Position numbers and translations under genes: made by a program. From the NCBI GenBank assembly GCA_009691385.1, contig SICQ01000002.1:1-47324 (forward strand): 47,324 nucleotides of DNA, in the 5' to 3' direction. Positions 30,598-37,811 of this stretch are shown here, piece by piece. This DNA is from Candidatus Ryanbacteria bacterium (GTDB lineage Bacteria > Patescibacteriota > Minisyncoccia > Ryanbacterales > GWA2-47-10b). Numbering within the stretch: the stretch's first letter is position 1; the number at the start of each line of letters is the position of its first letter. The notes beneath the pieces are model-generated. The model saw only the letters and a list, made by a program, of their open reading frames with translations, made no database searches and was not told where the DNA came from.

Positions 30598-30952
30598 GGG
30601 AGTGACAGGCCTCGACGGGGTCTCGACTCTTTGAAAATCAGGCAAGAGCAGGTGTGGTCACCTCTTTCAAAAATGCCACACGCCAATAAGTGCAAACTTA
30701 TTTAACCGCCAACCGGCAATGGCTTTTGCCTAAGCCGTAGGCGTTTCTCTGGCCACTATGCGCCAGAGCATCGGTCCGCAACCGCTGAGTGCGTGGAATG
30801 CCGGTGTTATAATCCTCAGCTAGTGCGCATCATGCTCGATACACGCGCGCGAAACTAATCGAGCAAACTCTCTGGCTTCGTGCTTGAGTACGCCTGTATA
30901 AATTTTTATTGAGAAGAACTTTCGGACGGCGGTTCGATTCCGCCCACTTCCA
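30598..30952 (+). ncRNA. ssrA: tmRNA (one-piece)
   Basis: 5' GGGAGTG pairs with 3' CACTTCC+A, including the G3.U wobble. T arm GGCGGTTCGATTCCGCC. Tag frame 30692-30733 encodes ANLFNRQPAMAFA*. Lies downstream of smpB. Confidence 0.95.
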
Positions 30953-30961
30953 CAAAAAAAT

Positions 30962-30989
30962 AAAAAGCCTGATGTAGATCAGGCTTTTT
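30962..30989 (+). terminator. Intrinsic (bidirectional-type) terminator after tmRNA
   Basis: AAAAAGCCTGAT-GTAG-ATCAGGCTTTTT. Confidence 0.8.
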
Positions 30990-30991
30990 GT

Positions 30992-31020
30992 TTGACAAAA
31001 TGTTATATTTAGTATAAAGT
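30992..31020 (+). promoter_or_regulatory. sigma70-type promoter
   Basis: TTGACA-17-TAAAGT. Confidence 0.65.
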
Positions 31021-31083
31021 ATTTCCCAGAGTTCACATGTGAGAGTGGCTTTCGATCACCCTCTCACCAACCATGAGGTGATG

Positions 31084-31287
31084 ATGGCACGATGCAGTAA
31101 ATGCGAAGCATCCGGCAGGGAGCACAAACAGGGCTTCTGCCCTCCGAAGCCGGGTGACCGCGCCCGCGCGCGCAAGGCCTTCCTGGCGCGGGGCAGCGCC
31201 CCGCCCGCCGAGACCTCGGACATTCCGGTCCGCGGCGCGCCCATCCCGGGAACGGGCAGCCCCAAGGAGGCGCCTGCCGCCGGATAA
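31084..31287 (+). CDS. Small basic protein with a CCHC-like zinc knuckle
   Basis: SD GAGGTG then ATGATG (start 31081 or 31084); C-x2-C-x6-H-x4-C; own promoter and terminator. Confidence 0.6.
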   Translation: MARCSKCEASGREHKQGFCPPKPGDRARARKAFLARGSAPPAETSDIPVRGAPIPGTGSPKEAPAAG

Positions 31288-31294
31288 GACCCAA

Positions 31295-31331
31295 GCCCCG
31301 CTCGAGCACATGCTCGAGCGGGGCATTTTTT
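31295..31331 (+). terminator. Intrinsic terminator
   Basis: GCCCCGCTCGAGC-ACAT-GCTCGAGCGGGGC followed by ATTTTTT. Confidence 0.8.
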
Positions 31332-31346
31332 ATATATAAAGATTTT

Positions 31347-31700
31347 CTACCCCTTCTTTTTGAACTTTACCGAAAACACGGGTTCATACTGGTTTGAGTG
31401 TTCATCGGTAATCTCCACCTGCTCCCCTTTCATCATGTGCGTGAGAGCTATGTCGCTGAGCATTTCTTGATCACTCTTGAGATTATTTTTCATACTCTCG
31501 AGCTTTGCGAACTCTGCGGCTGATTCGCGCTTTATCTTTTGTTCGATCGATACTTTTTTGTCACGGATTTTGTTGTATTCGTGCACAATCTCGCGATACC
31601 CTGTAGCATTTTCGAGTGCGTCTTTGTACGAACCCTTCAAATCACGCTGTTCACGCTTGATGTCTTGGATGCGGTTAAATATTTCTTGAGCACTTTTCAT
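31347..31700 (-). CDS. Hypothetical coiled-coil protein
   Basis: Charged helical ORF (MKSAQEIFNRIQ...YEPVFSVKFKK); TAAGGT lies 7 nt before the ATG. Confidence 0.8.
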   Translation of the reverse strand: MKSAQEIFNRIQDIKREQRDLKGSYKDALENATGYREIVHEYNKIRDKKVSIEQKIKRESAAEFAKLESMKNNLKSDQEMLSDIALTHMMKGEQVEITDEHSNQYEPVFSVKFKKKG

Positions 31701-31846
31701 AATGCCCACCTTACACTACAACTACCCTCCGTGTCAGCATTGGATAACTTTTTGATTTGCTCAAAAGGTACAGGGTACGATACGATGCGAAAAGAACCTC
31801 GCCGACCCTTTGAAATCTCGTGGAGAACGAAAGGAGAAGTGTATAC

Positions 31847-32902
31847 ATGCAAACCCAGCAAGCAGGAGGAGATGCGTATCGTGCACTAGTCAGTGAAATT
31901 GTGCGTATGGGCAAGGTTGATCGGAGCATCGTGATGCGCACCGCGCATGTGGGATCGGGTGAAGCATACCAGCTCATCGACCGTATGCAGGAAGATGGCA
32001 TCATCAGCAAACCCGACCGAAAGACCAGCGAGCGACGCGTGCTCATCACGCCCGAAGAGCTCGCCCGCCAAGCTCGCGTGAGTGGAGCGCCACGCGAGCT
32101 TGATGCCGAGACACGCACGATACTTGAACTACTCACACCGACACTTGCTGAACGCGAAGAGCTCTCAGTCGATAGCATCCGTACTGAGTTCGCTGTAGAG
32201 GCCGATGTCGCACGCGATGTCATTGCCGAGCTCGCGCGACAACACAAGACTGGCGAGCCCGACAAACACGGCACCGCCATGGTACTCATCACCACCGGTG
32301 GCAACGACCGCGCGAAAGCGCCGAAGCCGATCTTGGCACGCGCGCCGGTCAAAGACCCGCCAACCGGCATTCGCGGTAGCATCGGTATGCGGCCCCCACT
32401 TCTCCGAGGAGAAGTGCCGCCGCCTACGCCCGCACCGGCAGCAACAACTATTGCGCGAAAATGTGTGTGGCCTGACTGCGAACAAACCAAAATCCAATCG
32501 CGCAATCTCTGTCAAAAACACTACATGGTCGCCTACATGCATTGGAAAAAAATTGGCGGCGGCCAGCGCACTTCCAAGCCCTTCCCGATACCCGCAGAAG
32601 TGATCAAGGCGAAGAGCGAAGGAGTGGCGATACCTACGCCACCACCCGCCCCCGAGAAGCGTGCGAGCATCCCCGCACTACCATCTCCGCCGGCAGCACC
32701 GACAGACGAGCGGCCGTGGCAGACCCGAGTCGCAACGGCGCAGCAGCGCGCTGACAGAGTAGAATCTGAAAACATGGGCCTTCGTAACACCATCGCGCGG
32801 TTCGAGCGTGAAGCACGCGAGCACGAGACCGCGTGGAAAACGCTCGCAGATTTTATCGAGCGTCAGCCGACTCTCCGCCGCCTTCTTCACCTCCAATCAT
32901 AG
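31847..32902 (+). CDS. Hypothetical protein: FtsK-gamma-like wHTH, Cys/His Zn motif, Pro-rich linkers, C-terminal coiled coil
   Basis: SD AAAGGAG; VGSGEAYQLIDRMQEDGIISKPD...RRVLIT resembles the FtsK gamma domain; CVWPDC...RNLCQKHY. Confidence 0.75.
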   Translation: MQTQQAGGDAYRALVSEIVRMGKVDRSIVMRTAHVGSGEAYQLIDRMQEDGIISKPDRKTSERRVLITPEELARQARVSGAPRELDAETRTILELLTPTLAEREELSVDSIRTEFAVEADVARDVIAELARQHKTGEPDKHGTAMVLITTGGNDRAKAPKPILARAPVKDPPTGIRGSIGMRPPLLRGEVPPPTPAPAATTIARKCVWPDCEQTKIQSRNLCQKHYMVAYMHWKKIGGGQRTSKPFPIPAEVIKAKSEGVAIPTPPPAPEKRASIPALPSPPAAPTDERPWQTRVATAQQRADRVESENMGLRNTIARFEREAREHETAWKTLADFIERQPTLRRLLHLQS

Positions 32903-32909
32903 TCCCCCG

Positions 32910-32945
32910 AGCCTTCGGCGTGCACATGCGCCGAAGGCTTTTTTT
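32910..32945 (+). terminator. Intrinsic terminator
   Basis: AGCCTTCGGCG...CGCCGAAGGCT followed by a T run. Confidence 0.8.
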
Positions 32946-32957
32946 ATAGATACATCC

Positions 32958-32986
32958 TTGAAAAAGCCTTCCTTGCGGGCTATAAA
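32958..32986 (+). promoter_or_regulatory. sigma70-type promoter
   Basis: TTGAAA-17-TATAAA. Confidence 0.55.
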
Positions 32987-33012
32987 GAGACAGACACAAC
33001 ACGGAGGTGCTC

Positions 33013-33300
33013 ATGGATCTTGATCGAGAGTGTAACTATGACCACCGGGAGTTCCGCACAACCGAGTACATCCCAGTCACCGCAAGTCCCTGCATGCTCT
33101 TTTCCAATGACAGCGGCGTCAATGCCGGACTCATCGCGCGATTCACTGGCGACCGCTGGGCGCAGTTCCTCGCCTCGATCCTCGCGATCGAAGGGGTGGG
33201 CGCTATCGAAGTCCACCAATTCATGGTGATTGTCTACAAACGCGCCGACATCCCATGGGACTACGTAAGCCCCGCTGTCGAGAAGCTACTCGGTACCTAG
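33013..33300 (+). CDS. Stand-alone NifU N-terminal (Nfu_N)-like domain protein
   Basis: SD GGAGGTG; ILAIEGVGAIEV...VIVYK...WDYVSPAVEKLL fits the Nfu_N pattern LFxIEGV...ITVTK...W...P. Confidence 0.7.
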   Translation: MDLDRECNYDHREFRTTEYIPVTASPCMLFSNDSGVNAGLIARFTGDRWAQFLASILAIEGVGAIEVHQFMVIVYKRADIPWDYVSPAVEKLLGT

Positions 33301-33320
33301 CGGATAGGCGCGCAGCATGA

Positions 33321-33360
33321 GGCGTCGTCGGAATCATCCGACGACGCCATTTTCTTTTTT
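33321..33360 (+). terminator. Intrinsic terminator
   Basis: GGCGTCGTCGGA-ATCA-TCCGACGACGCC followed by ATTTTCTTTTTT. Confidence 0.8.
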
Positions 33361-33378
33361 ATAATATTTTATAATATT

Positions 33379-33537
33379 TTAACGCTGCGAGCGTGATACT
33401 TCAGCCGTCGCTATTTCGTTCATCTCACTATCAAGCTCGAGGATGGTGTACTGAATATACCCCCACAAGCTAAACCCGACAATAACGATGAGCGAGACGG
33501 CCCAGAAAAACCACCTATCGCGAATCATACTATCCAT
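33379..33537 (-). CDS. 52-aa single-pass membrane protein (below the ORF-track cut-off)
   Basis: MDSMIRDRWFFWAVSLIVIVGFSLWGYIQYTILELDSEMNEIATAEVSRSQR*; TATTAT lies 7 nt before the ATG. Confidence 0.65.
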   Translation of the reverse strand: MDSMIRDRWFFWAVSLIVIVGFSLWGYIQYTILELDSEMNEIATAEVSRSQR

Positions 33538-33582
33538 GCTTTCTATAATAATAGGTATGTATCAATTCGCCAACCCCCACTC

Positions 33583-33611
33583 TTGACTTTCGGGCTGAAT
33601 ATCCTTACACT
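33583..33611 (+). promoter_or_regulatory. Promoter of infC-rpmI-rplT
   Basis: TTGACT-17-TACACT, 9 nt before the TTG start. Confidence 0.65.
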
Positions 33612-33620
33612 ATAGGGACA

Positions 33621-34223
33621 TTGGTACCACGAATACGCATCAATCAAGCGATTTCCGCCCCTGAGCTCCGAGTGATCGGCGCTACGGGTGATAATGTCGG
33701 TATCAAAACAAAAGACGAGGCGCTCGCACTTGCACGCGAAGCTGGCCTCGATCTTATCGAGATTTCGCCTACGGCAAAACCGCCGGTAGCGCGCATCATG
33801 GACTGGGGTAAATACCAGTACCAACAGGAAAAGGAAGCTCGCAAGGCAAAAAAGAAATCGCACGAAGTTGAGATCAAAGGCATTCGTGTACGCCTCGGTA
33901 CCGGCTCCCATGATCTCGTCATGAAAGCCAAGCAAGCAGAAAAGTTTTTGAAAGCGGGTCACCGCCTCCAGATACAGCTCACCTTGCGCGGCCGAGAAAA
34001 ATATATTGATAAAAACTTTGTCCACGACAGGCTCACCAAACTTCTTGAGGCGATCACCGTCCCCCACAAGATTGCGGAAAAGCCCAAGAAAGGTCCCCGC
34101 GGACTTATTATGACTATAGAACCTGAACACCATGGCAAAAACAAACAAAGCAGTCCTGCGCCGAGTGCGAGTAACCAAAAACGGGAAAGTACTCAAGCGC
34201 CGACCGCATCAAAACCACTTTAG
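33621..34223 (+). CDS. infC: Translation initiation factor IF-3
   Basis: RINQAI, GLDLIEIS, PPVARIMDWGKY, LRGRE; TTG start; leads rpmI-rplT. Confidence 0.95.
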   Translation: MVPRIRINQAISAPELRVIGATGDNVGIKTKDEALALAREAGLDLIEISPTAKPPVARIMDWGKYQYQQEKEARKAKKKSHEVEIKGIRVRLGTGSHDLVMKAKQAEKFLKAGHRLQIQLTLRGREKYIDKNFVHDRLTKLLEAITVPHKIAEKPKKGPRGLIMTIEPEHHGKNKQSSPAPSASNQKRESTQAPTASKPL

Positions 34224-34320
34224 CGCCAAAAAAAGCCGTTCACGACAAATGGCAAACAAAAAAACCAAAGAATTTGCTTTTGGTAAAATTATCAAAAATC
34301 GCTATCTCCCAAACACCTAA
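34132..34320 (+). CDS. rpmI: 50S ribosomal protein L35
   Basis: KTNKAVLRRVRVTKNGK...HF; sits between infC and rplT. Confidence 0.92.
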   Translation: MAKTNKAVLRRVRVTKNGKVLKRRPHQNHFSAKKSRSRQMANKKTKEFAFGKIIKNRYLPNT

Positions 34321-34329
34321 ACCACTACT

Positions 34330-34674
34330 ATGACACGCGTAAAACGAGGCGTTACCGCCCTCAAGCGCCGCCGCTCGGTCCTCAAGCAAACCAAAGGTTT
34401 CCGCTGGCAGCGCAGTAAAAAAGAACGAGCCGCCAAAGAAGCGCTCCTCCATGCCTATACCCACTCATTCCAAGACAGACGCAAGAAAAAGCGCGTTATG
34501 CGCAAGGGTTGGAATGTGAAGATTAGCGCGGCCGCAAAGCTTTCCGGCACTTCTTACAGTAAGCTCATGGGAGCGCTCAAAAAGGCTGATATCAAGATTG
34601 ATCGCAAGATCCTCTCGACACTCGCCGAGCAGTACCCCAAGGCATTCGAAAAAGTCCTCGCTGAGGCAAAGTAA
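34330..34674 (+). CDS. rplT: 50S ribosomal protein L20
   Basis: MTRVKRG, DRRKKKR, SYSKLM, IDRKILSTLA. Confidence 0.96.
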   Translation: MTRVKRGVTALKRRRSVLKQTKGFRWQRSKKERAAKEALLHAYTHSFQDRRKKKRVMRKGWNVKISAAAKLSGTSYSKLMGALKKADIKIDRKILSTLAEQYPKAFEKVLAEAK

Positions 34675-34677
34675 ACC

Positions 34678-34711
34678 AAACAAAAAATCCCCGTACGGGG
34701 ATTTTTTGTTT
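34678..34711. terminator. Bidirectional terminator (perfect 34-bp palindrome)
   Basis: AAACAAAAAATCCCCGT|ACGGGGATTTTTTGTTT between convergent genes. Confidence 0.85.
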
Positions 34712-34714
34712 CAT

Positions 34715-36076
34715 CTAAAATGCCAGTTGCAGCTTCAGTTCGCCAAGGCTTTTGTAGCGCTCATCGCCACTTTCACGAAGCTTTTCGCCTGTAGAATAAA
34801 TAGTTTTTGTACTTGCATCATACTTGAGTGCCGCGCCATCAAAAGGATCTTCTGGCACCTTAGACAAGTATTTTGGTATCAGTTCTGTGAGCGAAGCTGG
34901 GTATACTTTTGTATCGTTCTTAAACGCCTTTATCGCCATGGCGACCTGTGTGCTTGCTACAAGATAATCTTCTCGACAACGCTTGTATTGCGCATTACCA
35001 AAGGCTGCCGCAACAACATCATGAAGTGTTTTCCCAACAACATTCTCAGTTATGTATTGTTGAGCAAGAATCGTCCAACTATCTCCATAAGGCACTGATG
35101 GCTTTATTTCTTGCAATTCTAAAGCCCCGCAATGCTTTTTTGAATCACGCACTTGAGCTCGGGCTAAATCAGCAAAGAGTAGTTTTGTTTCGTTAGGGCG
35201 AAAGTGATAAGAGTCTACAGCTCCACCAAATTGCTCACCGAAATTTTCTTTAAATGCCTTTACCTTTTCAGGATCTTGGGAAGTCATTGCATTAATAGCC
35301 CACACGGTCATACCCCAATATTCAGCCTTAAATGCAGTCGCCATTGCTTCCTCGTTATCATAAAACCGCTCTAACCGTGCAGTATATGTCTTTAAACTCT
35401 GGCTATCAATCTCTGACTCTTGCAAAATTATCTGCATTGTTCTAAGTGCCCTACTTTTTATAGCAAAACCGACCAAATATCCAATAAAATGAGACTGGGA
35501 ATTTTGCATTTTCTGCCCTATCGAAGCAGCGCGAAAAGCCTCTTCAAGCGCTTCGACTATTTTCCCTTGTCTATACAAAGCTAGAGACTTCACGGCGCTC
35601 ACATCGGCCATGTTACGAAATGTATTAAGTGGCGGCAAAATAACATTTGGCGAGAACTGCGCTTGGTCTGCAACATTTGGATCCTGATAATAAGATTTTT
35701 GAGCGGCACTTTCAAAATACATGAGTGCCTCAGCATTTTTTTGCAAAATATCAGCCGCCGCGCGTTCATCCCATAGTTTTCCATCAACAATCTCCCCGAG
35801 CTTCGACGGACCTTGATCAATAACCTTGCTCATCTTTATCAAATCAAAATAGGCATTTTGATCATCCGGGATGCTTATCTTTTGAAGACGCAAATCTGAG
35901 TCATCAATAGGCGCGATGTCTCTGGAAAACAAACCGAGAATGCTGGGTAAAAAATACCCAAAAGCACCGAGGAAAACGACGACTGCAAGTATAACCCACG
36001 GCCACCTACGCCTTTTTCTGTGTGGTGGATCTATTAGTTGAGGAATAGCAGGCTGGACCTGCTGACTTTCATCCAT
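34715..36076 (-). CDS. Membrane-anchored hypothetical protein with a GspG/pilin-like C-terminal motif
   Basis: N-terminal TM after KRRRW; C-terminal YPASLTELIPKYL...PEDPF...Y...IYSTG; lower GC than its flanks. Confidence 0.75.
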   Translation of the reverse strand: MDESQQVQPAIPQLIDPPHRKRRRWPWVILAVVVFLGAFGYFLPSILGLFSRDIAPIDDSDLRLQKISIPDDQNAYFDLIKMSKVIDQGPSKLGEIVDGKLWDERAAADILQKNAEALMYFESAAQKSYYQDPNVADQAQFSPNVILPPLNTFRNMADVSAVKSLALYRQGKIVEALEEAFRAASIGQKMQNSQSHFIGYLVGFAIKSRALRTMQIILQESEIDSQSLKTYTARLERFYDNEEAMATAFKAEYWGMTVWAINAMTSQDPEKVKAFKENFGEQFGGAVDSYHFRPNETKLLFADLARAQVRDSKKHCGALELQEIKPSVPYGDSWTILAQQYITENVVGKTLHDVVAAAFGNAQYKRCREDYLVASTQVAMAIKAFKNDTKVYPASLTELIPKYLSKVPEDPFDGAALKYDASTKTIYSTGEKLRESGDERYKSLGELKLQLAF

Positions 36077-36112
36077 AGTAGAATTATATCTCTAAACTTG
36101 CTGAAAATAAAC

Positions 36113-36147
36113 AAGAAAAAGAGCCGTTCGCTGACGCGAACGGCTCT
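36113..36147 (-). terminator. Intrinsic terminator
   Basis: AGAGCCGTTCGC/GCGAACGGCTCT stem followed on the minus strand by TTTTCTTGTTT. Confidence 0.75.
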
Positions 36148-36156
36148 GAACTGCGG

Positions 36157-36429
36157 TCAATCGACCTTGCAGTCTACCTGACCTGACTTGAAGAGATTGC
36201 ACGGGTAGGTGCGCCGACCGTTGATGACCGAGGCGATGAGCTCCTCGTTGCTCGTGCGCCCCTTATGCTCTCCGCAGTCGAAGTTGAGCTGAAGCCCCGT
36301 GGCGTCTACGAGAGTGCACTCGCCCTCCCAAATCTTCACCGAATCGAGGATTTCCTTGTGGAACCCGACTTGGATGAAGGCGACAAGCACGATCACTATC
36401 CACATCAGAACGACGCGAGACCACTTCAT
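36157..36429 (-). CDS. Small membrane-anchored or secreted protein with 4 Cys
   Basis: SD AAGGAG; ATG 36429 overlaps the upstream stop (ATGA); N-terminal hydrophobic helix. Confidence 0.7.
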   Translation of the reverse strand: MKWSRVVLMWIVIVLVAFIQVGFHKEILDSVKIWEGECTLVDATGLQLNFDCGEHKGRTSNEELIASVINGRRTYPCNLFKSGQVDCKVD

Positions 36430-36956
36430 GATACATCTCCTTCCGACGAAGACTGTGCCCCCACGAAGGTGAGCTGCGGGCAGATCGCCTTCTTCTTGGC
36501 GATTGCTCGCTCTGCAAGGAGTTCGCCGAAATTCCATCCTCGACGCGCAAGATTCGGTATTCTCGTGCGAATTACCGCCTCACCACTTCTATGGAACACC
36601 CATTCGAAGAAGCCCCAGACAGTGACCATGGCGACTATGGCCAGAACAACACTGATCACGACCACGCCGACCATGAAAATCGTGTTGGTGTAGCCGACGA
36701 TGCCAAATAGCTTGATCGGTAGGAAGACAGCTGCCCACACCAAGCCCAACGCCGTCGCCGCGTAGGCGGCGAGGATGAGCGGGGTGTAGACGAGGATGAC
36801 CCGCATATAGTGGCACAGATTCGTGCCACCCTTGAATCGGCTCTCGTAGCTCTTCATCTTCCATTCCCATAACTCCTCCCGCCCCGTGAACATGTCCACA
36901 AGCAGGAGACCGAAATGAAAAAGGTAGAAGTGCCAACTTCCTCTCGTGACGACCAT
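36426..36956 (-). CDS. Hypothetical membrane protein
   Basis: SD AAGGAGGTG; SWH...TNLCHY motif, 2-3 TM segments, C-terminal KKKAICP. Confidence 0.75.
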   Translation of the reverse strand: MVVTRGSWHFYLFHFGLLLVDMFTGREELWEWKMKSYESRFKGGTNLCHYMRVILVYTPLILAAYAATALGLVWAAVFLPIKLFGIVGYTNTIFMVGVVVISVVLAIVAMVTVWGFFEWVFHRSGEAVIRTRIPNLARRGWNFGELLAERAIAKKKAICPQLTFVGAQSSSEGDVS

Positions 36957-37072
36957 ACAACACCTCCTTGTTATTGATTGTTGTTAGTCGGAAGTCGACT
37001 AACAGATCCGATCAATTTTTACTATATTTCTCTACTTATGTCAAGCAGAATATTGAGAAAAGTTCTCCACGC

Positions 37073-37807
37073 CTATTCGTGTACAAACATGCCAACCGTT
37101 GCCACCAGTAGCACGCCAGCCAAGATGAGTATGATTTGCATGATAGACGAGCGTGAACCGTGCTTGTGATGTAGCTCGGGTATAAGGTCTGCTGCCGCCA
37201 CATAGAGGAAGTTACCAGCAACCAACGCCAAGAGTATACCTATATAACCTACCGAAACCGTTAGGTAATATCCGATGATAGCTCCTACAACCGTGGTGAC
37301 CGATACAACTGTATTCCAAAAAAGTGCTCGTTTTTTGCTAAACCCGCCGTGAAGCATGACCGCAAAATCACTCGCCTCCTGCGGAATCTCATGCAATATG
37401 ACCGCGATGGCGGCAAGCACGCCCGTAGGAAATCCCGCGCTAAACGCAAACGCGATAAATACACCATCGATAAAGTTATGGATAGCATCACCAATGAGCA
37501 CTAAATAGGCAGATGCATGCGTCTCACACACGCCATCATGGCAGTGATACCAAAAAAGGAGCTTTTCGAGTACAAAAAAGGCGAGAAATCCGCCCAGTAC
37601 CCACGGCAAAGCTTTCTCGGGAGGCAAAAACTCAAATGTCTCGGGTAAGATATCAAAAAAGACCGTGCCGAGCATCACACCCACTGCAAAGCTGATCACC
37701 CAATGCACTACGCGCATCACCCGCTTTTCGTTGAGGATGACCGCAACGCCTGCGAGAAACGAGACAATGGATTCGGCAATACTGGCTATAAGGATAGAAA
37801 GAAGCAT
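37073..37807 (-). CDS. ZIP family metal transporter
   Basis: SFAVGVMLG, HCH loop, GDAIHNFIDG, HEIPQE, DLIPELH. Confidence 0.93.
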   Translation of the reverse strand: MLLSILIASIAESIVSFLAGVAVILNEKRVMRVVHWVISFAVGVMLGTVFFDILPETFEFLPPEKALPWVLGGFLAFFVLEKLLFWYHCHDGVCETHASAYLVLIGDAIHNFIDGVFIAFAFSAGFPTGVLAAIAVILHEIPQEASDFAVMLHGGFSKKRALFWNTVVSVTTVVGAIIGYYLTVSVGYIGILLALVAGNFLYVAAADLIPELHHKHGSRSSIMQIILILAGVLLVATVGMFVHE

Positions 37808-37811
37808 AGCT

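Noticed and set aside
31711..32505. 264-aa minus-strand ORF
   Set aside because: A Ser/Arg-rich antisense shadow of the SD-led gene at 31847.
33357..33380. Tandem ATAATATTTT repeat as a CRISPR or iteron element
   Set aside because: Only two adjacent copies, with no spacers, in an AT-rich terminator zone.
30953..33540. Prophage or genomic island integrated at tmRNA
   Set aside because: No integrase, no duplicated tmRNA 3' end and no structural genes seen. A resident-style gene (31347-31700) sits in the middle.
33543..34196. 217-aa minus-strand ORF
   Set aside because: Antisense to infC.
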